Assembly: GCA_017608775.1 (NCBI GenBank)
Contig: JAFCFF010000001.1
Span: forward strand, 1-33,248
Length of the DNA stretch: 33,248 nt
Origin: Candidatus Iainarchaeum sp.
GTDB taxonomy: Archaea; Iainarchaeota; Iainarchaeia; Iainarchaeales; JAFCFF01
Direction of reading: 5' to 3'
Shown here: piece by piece, positions 6,818 to 15,508 of the stretch
Position numbering within the stretch: the stretch's first letter is position 1
Layout of the letters: every line of letters begins with the position of its first letter
Notes under the pieces: generated by a model
Databases searched by the model: none
Told to the model about the DNA's origin: nothing
The model's input: the letters and a program-made list of their open reading frames with translations, nothing else
Position numbers and translations under genes: made by a program

Positions 6818-7549
6818 TTATTTTTGAGAATGTTTGTATTTGGGTTTGAGCCTGGCTTTTTTAACAACAAGATAATGCTCAAACTCTCCCTTGCTTTTGA
6901 TTTCTTTTTCTTCAAAAACTATTTTTTTCTTGAACAACGGCATATCCAAAACAAATGTTTCTGCCTCCCCTCCCTCAAACGCGGGGTTGAAACGAAATTT
7001 TTTGCTCAAGTAAATTATTTCTTTTATATCCTCCATACCAAGAATTTTACCCAAAAACTTTGTTGGAATGCCTTGGCTTGTTATTTTTGTTAGGGTAAAT
7101 AAAAAATTGTTTGTTATAAGCTCTTGTAGGTAGCTTTCCTGGCTTTTTTTCCAGAGTGGGGAAAAAACTTCCAACCCTAGCTTATTTGCAATTTGTTTAA
7201 CCCTTTTACTTTGATATTCAGAGGCAAGGGCACCAACAGAAATTGCTTTGATCTTAAATTTGTTTTTTGCTTTTTTAACGGCTTTTTCCAAGTCCCTAAG
7301 CTCCTTTTCCTTTTCTCCTTTTGTTTTTTGGAGGATAATTGGAATATCAAGGGCTTTTTTCTGTAATTCAAGCAAACTGATGTCCGGGTTATGAAACATA
7401 AATGAAAACTCATTAATCGGTTTTATTGAAATCAGGCAAGATATGTCGTATTTTTGTTTGTTTGCCAAATAAAGAGAAAAAAGACTGTCTTTTCCTCCAG
7501 AGGAGAGACAGCCCAGCCTTGTTTTTTTGTTTTTTTGTACCATAAACAA
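6818..7549 (-). CDS. PP-loop ATP pyrophosphatase of the MJ0570/Dph6 family (putative diphthine-ammonia ligase)
   Basis: PP-loop CLSSGGKDS near the N-terminus and a central ISVGALASEYQSKRVKQIANKLGLEVFSPLW block typical of the family. EF-2 in this window keeps the diphthamide-site sequence HEDAIHRG. Confidence 0.72.
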   Translation of the reverse strand: MFMVQKNKKTRLGCLSSGGKDSLFSLYLANKQKYDISCLISIKPINEFSFMFHNPDISLLELQKKALDIPIILQKTKGEKEKELRDLEKAVKKAKNKFKIKAISVGALASEYQSKRVKQIANKLGLEVFSPLWKKSQESYLQELITNNFLFTLTKITSQGIPTKFLGKILGMEDIKEIIYLSKKFRFNPAFEGGEAETFVLDMPLFKKKIVFEEKEIKSKGEFEHYLVVKKARLKPKYKHSQK

Positions 7550-7629
7550 AAGCGCATAGAAATTTTATAAAATGGTTTTGTTCTTTTAAAAAAAATTTGA
7601 TTTGGATTTTTTTTCTTAGTTTGTTGTTT

Positions 7630-7670
7630 TTTTAATTTATTACAATAATGTTCTTTTAATTTATTACAAT
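7630..7670. repeat. 17-bp direct repeat TTTTAATTTATTACAAT x2 (7630-7646 and 7654-7670, period 24)
   Basis: Exact match read directly. It lies in the 590-bp AT-rich spacer between the divergent Dph6-like and taw1 genes. Confidence 0.8.
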
Positions 7671-7912
7671 TTTCTTTAAAACTTTTTAAAACAACTTTAA
7701 AAAATAAAAAAACATAAAAAAAAGATAATTTTTTGTTTTATTTTGTTTTATTAAGAAAAAGTAAACTTTTCAAACTAAAAAATAAAAAAGAGATAAATTT
7801 TCTTTTGTTTTTTTAAAAAAAAATAAAAAGCACGAAAATAAAATAGAAAGATATAAAAAGAAAGAAAAAAATATTCTAATTGTTATTTAAGTTTGTTTGG
7901 AGGTGTACATAA

Positions 7913-7975
7913 ATGGTTAAAAGAAAGAAAGCTAAGAAAAAAACAACTAAGAAAAAGAAAAAGAGAAGGAGATAG
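7913..7975 (+). CDS. 20-codon polybasic micro-ORF (MVKRKKAKKKTTKKKKKRRR), candidate eL41-like mini-protein
   Basis: The longest SD match in the window (GGAGGTG, 7899-7905) lies 7 nt before the ATG. TAG stop at 7973-7975. Followed by an 8-bp hairpin plus a T-rich tract. Confidence 0.45.
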   Translation: MVKRKKAKKKTTKKKKKRRR

Positions 7976-7982
7976 ATAAATT

Positions 7983-8020
7983 AAAAACTCGATGAAAAGA
8001 TTGAGAGTTTTTGTTTGTTT
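7983..8020 (+). terminator. Hairpin (AAAAACTC / GAGTTTTT, 14-nt loop) running into a T-rich tract
   Basis: 7983-7990 pairs with 8005-8012, followed by tttttgtttgtttt. It starts 8 nt after the micro-ORF stop. Confidence 0.35.
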
Positions 8021-8140
8021 TATCTACCTTTGTTTTTTATTCTTTGTTTTTTATTTTATATTTTTCTTTTTTATTCTTTTCCTATATTTTTGTTTTGTTT
8101 TTGGGAAAACATAAAAAGAGTTGTTAAGAATTAAGCTAAT

Positions 8141-9238
8141 ATGGGAATAGGTTTTGAGGAGTTAAAAAAACGAAGGAAAAAAATGAACATTTTTGAGATT
8201 GACTTTCCTGAGGAAAAAAGAATTGAGGATGTGAAAAAAAAGCAGAGACTAAGTTTGCCTGATTTTGTTTTCAACGAGTTCAAGAAAAAACAGTATGGAA
8301 TATACGGTCATTCCGGGGTTCAGATTTGTGAATGGACTAAAAAGGCAATAAGAAATAAGGGGGTTTGTTACAAGCAGAGGTTTTATGGGATTGACTGTCA
8401 TAGATGTATGCAAATGTCCCCGGCAATTGCTTGGTGTCAGGAAAACTGTATTTATTGCTGGAGACCAATGGAGTTTATGAAAAAAACAAGCTTTGGGAAA
8501 AAAGAGGTTGATCCCCCAGAAAATATCATAAGAGCATTAATTCCACTAAGAAGGCAGCTTCTTTCCGGGTTTAAGGGAAACGAAAAAATAAATAAGACTC
8601 TTTTCAAGGAGGCATATGAAAAATTTCCTAGCCACTGGGCAATAAGCCTGTCTGGAGAACCAACTCTCTATCCCTATTTGCCAGAAATGATAAAAACTTT
8701 GAAAAAACATCCAGAAGTAAAGAGTGTTTTTCTTGTCACAAACGGACAAGAACCAAAGATGTTAGAAAAGCTGTGGAAGGAAAACGCCTTACCAACCCAG
8801 CTTTATCTAAGCTTTGAGGCCTCCAACAAAAAGTTGTTTGAGACGATAAATAAACCTGTCTACAAAGATGCGTGGAAAAGAATTTTGAAAAGCCTGGAGC
8901 TTGTGAAAAGGCTTCCATGCAGAAGAGTCATAAGATATACCCTAATTAGTGGAATTAACGATAAATTTGTTGGGGAAACAGCAAAGCTGCTGAGGAAGAC
9001 CAGGGCAGACTTTATCGAGGTTAAGGCATATATGTTTCTTGGTTTTTCTAGAAAAAGACTAATGAAAGAGAATATGCCGACATATAGAGAGGTGCTTGGG
9101 TTTTCAAAAAAGCTAGAAAAGGCCATGCCAGAATATAGGATTATAGATAAGCAGAGAGACTCAAGAATTGTTCTTTTAAGATATGATAGGTCAAGATATG
9201 AAAATATCATAAAAGGGAAAAAACAGGGAAAAACCTGA
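8141..9238 (+). CDS. taw1: tRNA 4-demethylwyosine synthase (radical SAM, Taw1/TYW1 homologue)
   Basis: GVQICEWTKKAIRNKGVCYKQRFYGIDCHRCMQMSPAIAWCQENCIYCWR. This holds the radical-SAM CxxxCxxC motif and the upstream auxiliary Cys residues characteristic of Taw1. An alternative start is ATG 8183 (MNIFEIDF). Confidence 0.85.
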   Translation: MGIGFEELKKRRKKMNIFEIDFPEEKRIEDVKKKQRLSLPDFVFNEFKKKQYGIYGHSGVQICEWTKKAIRNKGVCYKQRFYGIDCHRCMQMSPAIAWCQENCIYCWRPMEFMKKTSFGKKEVDPPENIIRALIPLRRQLLSGFKGNEKINKTLFKEAYEKFPSHWAISLSGEPTLYPYLPEMIKTLKKHPEVKSVFLVTNGQEPKMLEKLWKENALPTQLYLSFEASNKKLFETINKPVYKDAWKRILKSLELVKRLPCRRVIRYTLISGINDKFVGETAKLLRKTRADFIEVKAYMFLGFSRKRLMKENMPTYREVLGFSKKLEKAMPEYRIIDKQRDSRIVLLRYDRSRYENIIKGKKQGKT

Positions 9239-9320
9239 AAAACAGCTGATTTTTAAGGGAAAGGATTTTAAAATTTTCCCAACGTTATAAACATAGAGAA
9301 CAGCTATTTTTTGGCAAGGT

Positions 9321-9551
9321 GTGTTGATGGAAGAGCTGAAGCATATATATGTTCCAAAACATAGGCTTTTAAACGAGGAAGAGAAAAAAAAGGTTATAAA
9401 AAAGTATGGTGGAATAAGCCTTTTTCCAAAGATAAAAAGAAATGACCCGGCAATAAAACATCTTAAGACAAAGCCAGGAAATATGATAGAAATAGAGAGG
9501 GAAAGCCCTACCGCAAAAAAAACAAGCTATTATAGAATAGTTGTTGTTTAG
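9321..9551 (+). CDS. rpoH: DNA-directed RNA polymerase subunit H (Rpo5)
   Basis: HIYVPKHRLLNEEEKKKVIKKYGGISLFPKIKRNDPAIKHLKTKPGNMIEIERESPTAKKTSYYRIVV, plus its position directly upstream of rpoB. The start is GTG 9321 or ATG 9327. Confidence 0.9.
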   Translation: MLMEELKHIYVPKHRLLNEEEKKKVIKKYGGISLFPKIKRNDPAIKHLKTKPGNMIEIERESPTAKKTSYYRIVVV

Positions 9552-9603
9552 TTTATTGAAATTTTAGGCTTGTGTGCTGTTCTCTGCTGGAAAGGAGATT
9601 TAA

Positions 9604-11058
9604 ATGAGAGAGCTTCTTAACCTGAAAAAAGGTAGCTATGTTGACCAGATTATAGATTCATATAACTATTTTTTGGAAAAAAGCATTCAAGAAGTTATAG
9701 AAGAAAATAAACTCATTGTACCTAAAACAGAAGATATTAGGGTTGAGCTAGGCAGGATGGAAATAACAAAACCCAGGATTATTGAGGCCGACGGCTCCCC
9801 AAGAAAGGAGTTTTATCCCATGGAGGCAAGACTCCGAGACAGGAACTACTCAGGACAGATTTTTGTTGAGATGAAACTTTTTAGAAGAGACATTGAACAG
9901 GATTTGAGGATGACAAACATAGGAGAGTTACCTATAATGTTGAAGAGCAAGAAATGTTGGCTTTATGGTTTGTCTGAGGAGGAGTTGGTTGAAAGGGGAG
10001 AAGATGCCTTAGATCCCGGAGGCTACTTTATCATAAATGGTGTTGAAAAAGCGCTGACAACACAGGAGGCAATTGTAAGTAACAGGGTCTTACTTTCAGA
10101 GGCCTTGAAGGGGCATGTTGCCGAAACAATAAGCATAAAGGGAGCGTTTAGGGGGAAGGTAAGGCTGGAAAGAAGCAAAGATGGAATGCTTTACATAACC
10201 TTTCCTGCTTCCCCAAGAAGACTTAAGTTTATAACTCTTATAAAAGCCCTTGGAATGAAAAGCGATCAGGAGATACTAAGGGGGTTTGGGGATCTGGAAG
10301 AGCTAAGAAACGACATTCTCCTTAACCTGGAACAAAACGATATTGAAAGGGAGAGAGATGCCTTAGATGTCATAGGAAGATATGTTGCACCTGGCCAGCT
10401 TATAGATTATAGATTAAGAAGGGCACAGGAGATTATCGATAGCTATCTTCTTCCACACATAGGACAACAGCCAAGAGACAGGCTTGCCAAGGCTTTTTTC
10501 CTTATTACAATGGCTGAAAAGGTTGTTGAGTATGCCTATGGGTATAGAAAGGCAGATGACAAGGACAACTACATGAATAAAAGGCTGGAGTTGGCCGGGA
10601 AGTTGATGGAACATCTGTTTAGATATGCCTTCAAAAACTTTGTCAAAGACATAAAATTTCAGATTGATAGAATGGTTGTAAGAAGAAGGGGAGTAAACAT
10701 AAATACCATAGTAAGACCAGGTGCTCTAACCGAGAGAATAATGTCTGCAATGGCAACAGGTACTTGGGTAAATAACGTAACAGGCGTTAGCAAGTATATG
10801 GACAGGGAAAACTATGTCTCTGCCTTAGCAGATCTAAGAAGGCTTAAATCTCCGTTGGACACAGGAAAAGAAATATACGAGGCAAGGGATGTTCACGGCA
10901 CCTACTGGGGAAAAATATGCCCTATTCACTCTCCTGAGGGCCCTCCTGCAGGCCTTGTAAAATACCTGGCGATAAATGCAGAGGTCACAACCGACATCGA
11001 TCCAGATACGATAGAAAAGTTTTTGTTAAGGGAGGGAGTAAGTCTGAAAAAGAAATGA
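9604..11058 (+). CDS. rpoB2: DNA-directed RNA polymerase subunit B'' (N-terminal part of a split Rpo2)
   Basis: 484 aa, ending in the conserved HSPEGPPAGLVKYLA block. GGAG SD upstream. Immediately followed by B'. Confidence 0.95.
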   Translation: MRELLNLKKGSYVDQIIDSYNYFLEKSIQEVIEENKLIVPKTEDIRVELGRMEITKPRIIEADGSPRKEFYPMEARLRDRNYSGQIFVEMKLFRRDIEQDLRMTNIGELPIMLKSKKCWLYGLSEEELVERGEDALDPGGYFIINGVEKALTTQEAIVSNRVLLSEALKGHVAETISIKGAFRGKVRLERSKDGMLYITFPASPRRLKFITLIKALGMKSDQEILRGFGDLEELRNDILLNLEQNDIERERDALDVIGRYVAPGQLIDYRLRRAQEIIDSYLLPHIGQQPRDRLAKAFFLITMAEKVVEYAYGYRKADDKDNYMNKRLELAGKLMEHLFRYAFKNFVKDIKFQIDRMVVRRRGVNINTIVRPGALTERIMSAMATGTWVNNVTGVSKYMDRENYVSALADLRRLKSPLDTGKEIYEARDVHGTYWGKICPIHSPEGPPAGLVKYLAINAEVTTDIDPDTIEKFLLREGVSLKKK

Positions 11059-11086
11059 GAGGAAAAAGTGGGAAAATGGTGGAAAG

Positions 11087-12901
11087 ATGAAAAACTTAGC
11101 AAAGATTTATGTTAACGGAAAGCTTATTGGTTTTCATGAAAAACCATTGGAGCTGAGGGAAAAATTCATAAACATGAGAAGACAGGGAAAAATTGCTAAT
11201 GGGATAAGTATTTCCTACGATGACTTCACAAACGAAATTTATGTAAACACCGAGGGGGGAAGGCTCTTACGTCCAGTCATTGTTGTAAAAAGAGGGAGAA
11301 GTCTTCTGACAAATGAGCTAAAAGAAAAGGTTTTAAAAGGAGAGATTTCCTGGGAAGAACTTGTAAAAAAAGGAGTTATAGAATACCTGGACACAGAAGA
11401 AGAGGAAAATGCCTTGATTGCACTAGATGAAAAAGAACTAACAAACAAACACACACATCTGGAAATAGATGGTTTGGGCCTGCTTGGGCTAATGGCAGGA
11501 ATGATTCCGTTTGTTGAGCATAATCAGCCCTATAGGTCTGCCCAGGGCGCAAAGATGTTTAAACAGGGGCTGGGAATTCCGGGAACCAACCATTGTCTAA
11601 GAACAGATACTGAAAGCTACTTGCTTTGGTACCCACAAAAAACCATTGTAAAAACAAAGATAACAGACGCCCTGAAAATAGATGAAAGACCATTTATGCA
11701 GAACTTTGTTGTTGCGATTATTCCTTATTACGGATATAACGCCTTAGACGCCTTGGTTATAAGCAGGGGCGCTGTTCAAAGAGGGCTTGGGAGAGCAAGT
11801 TACTTTAGAACATATTCTGTTGGTGAATATCACTATCCCGGAGGACAGAGAGATAAGTTTGAAATTCCTGATGAGAGTGTGGAGGGATACCTGGGTGAGG
11901 AGCTTTACTCAAAACTTGGCGAAGATGGCCTGGCAGAACCCGAGACAAAGGTGGAGGAAGGGGAAGCAATGATAGGAAGAACAAGTCCTCCTAAGTTTAT
12001 TGAGGAGATTACTGAGTTTGGGGTGATAAAGGAAAAAAGAATTGATAACAGCGTTACGGTTCCAAAGGGAAAATCCGGCTTTGTTGACAAAGTTTTCATA
12101 ACTGAGGGACCAAACGGAGAAAGGCTTGTCAAGGTTAGGATTAGAAGCGATAAAATTCCTGAGATTGGGGATAAGTTTTCATCAAGACATGGTCAAAAAG
12201 GAGTTGTTGGTTTGGTTGTTCCTGATGAGGACATGCCATTCAACGAACAGGGAATAAGGCCTGACTTGATAATCAACCCACATGCAATTCCATCAAGAAT
12301 GACTTTGGGGCATGTTCTTGAGATGTTGGTAGGACTGCTTGGCACAGAAAAAGGAGAAATCATTGATGGGAGTGCCTTTCAGGAAAACAGCTATGAAAAA
12401 TTTGGTGAAATGATTGAGAAAATAGGTTATAGAAAAGATGGAAAACAAGTATTTTATGATGGAATAACAGGAGAAAAATTCGAGGGATTGGTCTTCCAGG
12501 GAATTATAAGCTATAGAAGACTTTATCACATTGTTTCAAACAAGTTGCAATACAGGGCAAAAGGACCTGTACAGCTCTTGACAAGACAGCCAACAGAGGG
12601 AAAGGCTAAGGAAGGAGGCCTAAGGCTAGGGGAGATGGAAGTTGAGGCATTTATAGGACATGGTGCTTCGCTCTTGCTCTATGAAAAAATGGTTGAGGAC
12701 TCTGATAAGGTAAGGCTTTATTTTTGTGAAAAGTGTGGCTTGGTGGCAATAAAGGACAGAATAAGGGGAAAAATTTACTGTGAGGCCTGTAAGTCAAACA
12801 AGGTTGTTCCAATAAGCACAAACTATTCTTTCAAGCTGCTTTTACAGGTTTTACTTTCAATGGGAATATATCCAAAAGTGAAAGTAGGTGAGGTTGTATA
12901 A
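11087..12901 (+). CDS. rpoB1: DNA-directed RNA polymerase subunit B' (C-terminal part of a split Rpo2)
   Basis: GDKFSSRHGQKGVVG, PFNEQGIRPDLIINPHAIPSRMT, and a C-terminal zinc ribbon CEKCG...CEAC. Confidence 0.96.
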   Translation: MKNLAKIYVNGKLIGFHEKPLELREKFINMRRQGKIANGISISYDDFTNEIYVNTEGGRLLRPVIVVKRGRSLLTNELKEKVLKGEISWEELVKKGVIEYLDTEEEENALIALDEKELTNKHTHLEIDGLGLLGLMAGMIPFVEHNQPYRSAQGAKMFKQGLGIPGTNHCLRTDTESYLLWYPQKTIVKTKITDALKIDERPFMQNFVVAIIPYYGYNALDALVISRGAVQRGLGRASYFRTYSVGEYHYPGGQRDKFEIPDESVEGYLGEELYSKLGEDGLAEPETKVEEGEAMIGRTSPPKFIEEITEFGVIKEKRIDNSVTVPKGKSGFVDKVFITEGPNGERLVKVRIRSDKIPEIGDKFSSRHGQKGVVGLVVPDEDMPFNEQGIRPDLIINPHAIPSRMTLGHVLEMLVGLLGTEKGEIIDGSAFQENSYEKFGEMIEKIGYRKDGKQVFYDGITGEKFEGLVFQGIISYRRLYHIVSNKLQYRAKGPVQLLTRQPTEGKAKEGGLRLGEMEVEAFIGHGASLLLYEKMVEDSDKVRLYFCEKCGLVAIKDRIRGKIYCEACKSNKVVPISTNYSFKLLLQVLLSMGIYPKVKVGEVV

Positions 12902-12919
12902 AATAAAAAGTGAGGGAAG

Positions 12920-15508
12920 ATGAAAATAATAAAAAGCTTGGAGTTTGGGGTTTTAAGCCCTGAGCTAATAAGAAAGATGTCTGTCATAAACATAACAAAC
13001 GCAGAGACATATGACAAAGACGGTTTTCCAATGCCTGGGGGGTTGATGGATCCTCATCTAGGAGTGACAAACCCTGGCATAAAATGTAGGACATGTGGCC
13101 ATGGGATGAGGGAGTGCACAGGTCACTTTGGAAGTCTTGAGCTTGTAAGGCCTGTTATACACACCGAGTTCTCAACCAAGATATTTGAGCTTCTCTATAT
13201 CACATGTGAAAAGTGTGGAAGGCTTATGCTTACAAATGAAGAAAGAGAAAAACTTGGTAAAAAGGCAAAAACAGGAAAAACTATTTTTAAGGAAGTAAAG
13301 GAATACTCTGAAAAAAGAAAAATATGTCCACACTGCAAAGCCAAAAAAGAAGATCTTGAGTTTAGCAGACCTTATTTTTACTTTAGGAATAAAATTAGAA
13401 TTTATCCTCACGAAATAAGGACTTGGCTAGAAAAAATTCCCAACGAAGATTTAGAATTTTTAGGATATAAAACAGACAGGCTAAGGCCAGAATGGTTTGT
13501 CCTAACAGTTCTCCCAATACCACCAGTTACAATAAGGCCTTCCGTAACACTGGAGAGCGGAATGCTAAGCATTGATGATTTAACCCACAAGCTTGTTGAG
13601 ATTGTTACCACAAATCTAAGACTTAGGGAACACATCAACGCCGGTGCACCTCAGCTTATCATAGAAAGTCACTGGGACTTGCTACAATACCACATAACAA
13701 CATATCTAAACAACGAAACTTCTGGTATCCCTGCAGCAGTTCACAAGGGAGGAAGGCCACTTAAAACCCTAGCACAAAGACTAAAGGGAAAAAAGGGTTT
13801 GTTCCGTCTCAACCTGATCGGAAAGAGGGTTAACTTTTCGGCAAGGACAACCATAAGCCCAGATAATTTTATAGGCATAAATGAGATCGGGGTGCCCCAG
13901 GAAATTGCTGACAACCTAACAATGTTTGAAAGAGTCACAAAATGGAATAGAGAAAACATAAAGAAAAAAATAAGAGAAGGGGTTGTTTTGTTTGTCACAA
14001 GACCTAACGGAACAAAGAAAAGAATTTCCGAAGAAAACAAAGAAGAGATTATTGAAGAAATAGAGGAAGGTTATACAATAGAAAGAAAACTAGAAGATGG
14101 AGACATAGTTCTTTTTAACAGACATCCATCCCTACATAGAATGAATATAATGGCACATAGAGTTAAGATTTTTCCAACAAAAACATTTAGGATGAACACA
14201 CTAGTTTGTAAAGCATACAACGCAGACTTTGACGGAGATGACATGAACATCCATATTCCAAGGACAGAGGAGGGAAAGGCAGAGGCCCTAGAGCTCATGT
14301 TGGTTGAGAACCATATCGTCTCTCCGAGATATGGTGCACCGATAATCGCCTTTGACGAGGACGGATTAACTGGTTTGTTTTATCTGACATTGCCAGGAAC
14401 AAAACTTACAATGAGTCAGGCAACGGAGTTGCTTTATGAGGCTGGTATCAAGGAAAGACCAAAAGCAAACAAAAAAGGATTTGTATCCGGAAGGGAGATT
14501 TTTTCAATGCTCTTACCAAGGGACTTCAACATAGAGTTTGAATCCCAGTTAACAGAAAGCCTGAAAAAAATAAATATGAACAGAGGAAGATATAAAGAAG
14601 AGGCATATGTTGTTATAAGAAACGGAAAGCTTGTAACCGGAGTTATAGATGAAAACGCAGTTGGCGAAAAAAAAGGCATTTTAACACTTGCGTTTGTTGA
14701 AAAGTATGGAAAGGAATTCACAAGAGAGTTCTACAACAAGGCAATAAAAATAGCAATGAAAGTTCTAACATGGAGCGGTCTAACAATCGCAATGGGCGAA
14801 TATAAAATAAGTGAGAGCCTAAAACAAGTTGTTGAAAAGGCAATAAAAGAAGAACTCAGAAAAGGAGAGAAAATTGTTAGGGAATACAGAGAAGGAAAAA
14901 TGGAAACTCTTCCTGGTAGAGATTACGAACAGAGTTTTGAGATAAAAATGACTGGTCTTGGTTCAGATATAAAAGACAAGATTGTTGATGAAATCAAAAG
15001 AAACAGAATAAGAAAAATATTTTTTGATAAAAGAGTGTTGGACTCTGGCTTAGTTGTGTTTAGCGGGGGAAAGGGAAATCCGGCAGATATCGCAAGTATG
15101 GAGGCATTTTGGGGGCAGGTAAATGTTAGGGAACTAAGACCTGCAAGAGGATATAAAGAAAGAATACTTCCTGTTTTTGAAAGAAATGATGTTGGTGCCT
15201 TGGCAAGAGGGTTTATCCCAAAAAGTCTTTTTACTGGTTTAAAACCTGTGGAGCTTTTCTTTTTCTCCATGGGGGCAAGAGAGGGAATGGTTGACACAGC
15301 TGTAAAGACAAAGGACTCTGGATATCTATACAGAAGATTAAGCAATGCCTTAAAAGATATATTTGTTGCAGAAGATCTGAGTGCTAGGAGTGCCGCAGCA
15401 GAAATAATTCAGTTTTCTTATGGGGAAGATAAGGTATTTCCTATGTATAGCCATGCTGGAAAACAGGTTAACCTAAAACTTGTGATGGAGGAGTTTGGGA
15501 AAAAATAG
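12920..15508 (+). CDS. rpoA1: DNA-directed RNA polymerase subunit A' (Rpo1N)
   Basis: N-terminal zinc motif CRTCGHGMRECTGHFG and catalytic motif YNADFDGDDMNIH. 862 aa. Confidence 0.97.
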   Translation: MKIIKSLEFGVLSPELIRKMSVINITNAETYDKDGFPMPGGLMDPHLGVTNPGIKCRTCGHGMRECTGHFGSLELVRPVIHTEFSTKIFELLYITCEKCGRLMLTNEEREKLGKKAKTGKTIFKEVKEYSEKRKICPHCKAKKEDLEFSRPYFYFRNKIRIYPHEIRTWLEKIPNEDLEFLGYKTDRLRPEWFVLTVLPIPPVTIRPSVTLESGMLSIDDLTHKLVEIVTTNLRLREHINAGAPQLIIESHWDLLQYHITTYLNNETSGIPAAVHKGGRPLKTLAQRLKGKKGLFRLNLIGKRVNFSARTTISPDNFIGINEIGVPQEIADNLTMFERVTKWNRENIKKKIREGVVLFVTRPNGTKKRISEENKEEIIEEIEEGYTIERKLEDGDIVLFNRHPSLHRMNIMAHRVKIFPTKTFRMNTLVCKAYNADFDGDDMNIHIPRTEEGKAEALELMLVENHIVSPRYGAPIIAFDEDGLTGLFYLTLPGTKLTMSQATELLYEAGIKERPKANKKGFVSGREIFSMLLPRDFNIEFESQLTESLKKINMNRGRYKEEAYVVIRNGKLVTGVIDENAVGEKKGILTLAFVEKYGKEFTREFYNKAIKIAMKVLTWSGLTIAMGEYKISESLKQVVEKAIKEELRKGEKIVREYREGKMETLPGRDYEQSFEIKMTGLGSDIKDKIVDEIKRNRIRKIFFDKRVLDSGLVVFSGGKGNPADIASMEAFWGQVNVRELRPARGYKERILPVFERNDVGALARGFIPKSLFTGLKPVELFFFSMGAREGMVDTAVKTKDSGYLYRRLSNALKDIFVAEDLSARSAAAEIIQFSYGEDKVFPMYSHAGKQVNLKLVMEEFGKK

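Noticed and set aside
7550-8140. Possible replication origin in the AT-rich spacer
   Set aside because: I could find no ORB/mini-ORB-like GC-containing inverted repeats and no adjacent orc1/cdc6. The repeats are AT-only low complexity. I kept it as a low-interest finding rather than calling it an origin.
14923-15345. 140-aa minus-strand ORF inside rpoA', and similar ones at 17270-17674 (antisense to uS12), 30649-30951 and 32619-32987
   Set aside because: All are embedded antisense in highly conserved genes, and they have low-complexity composition.
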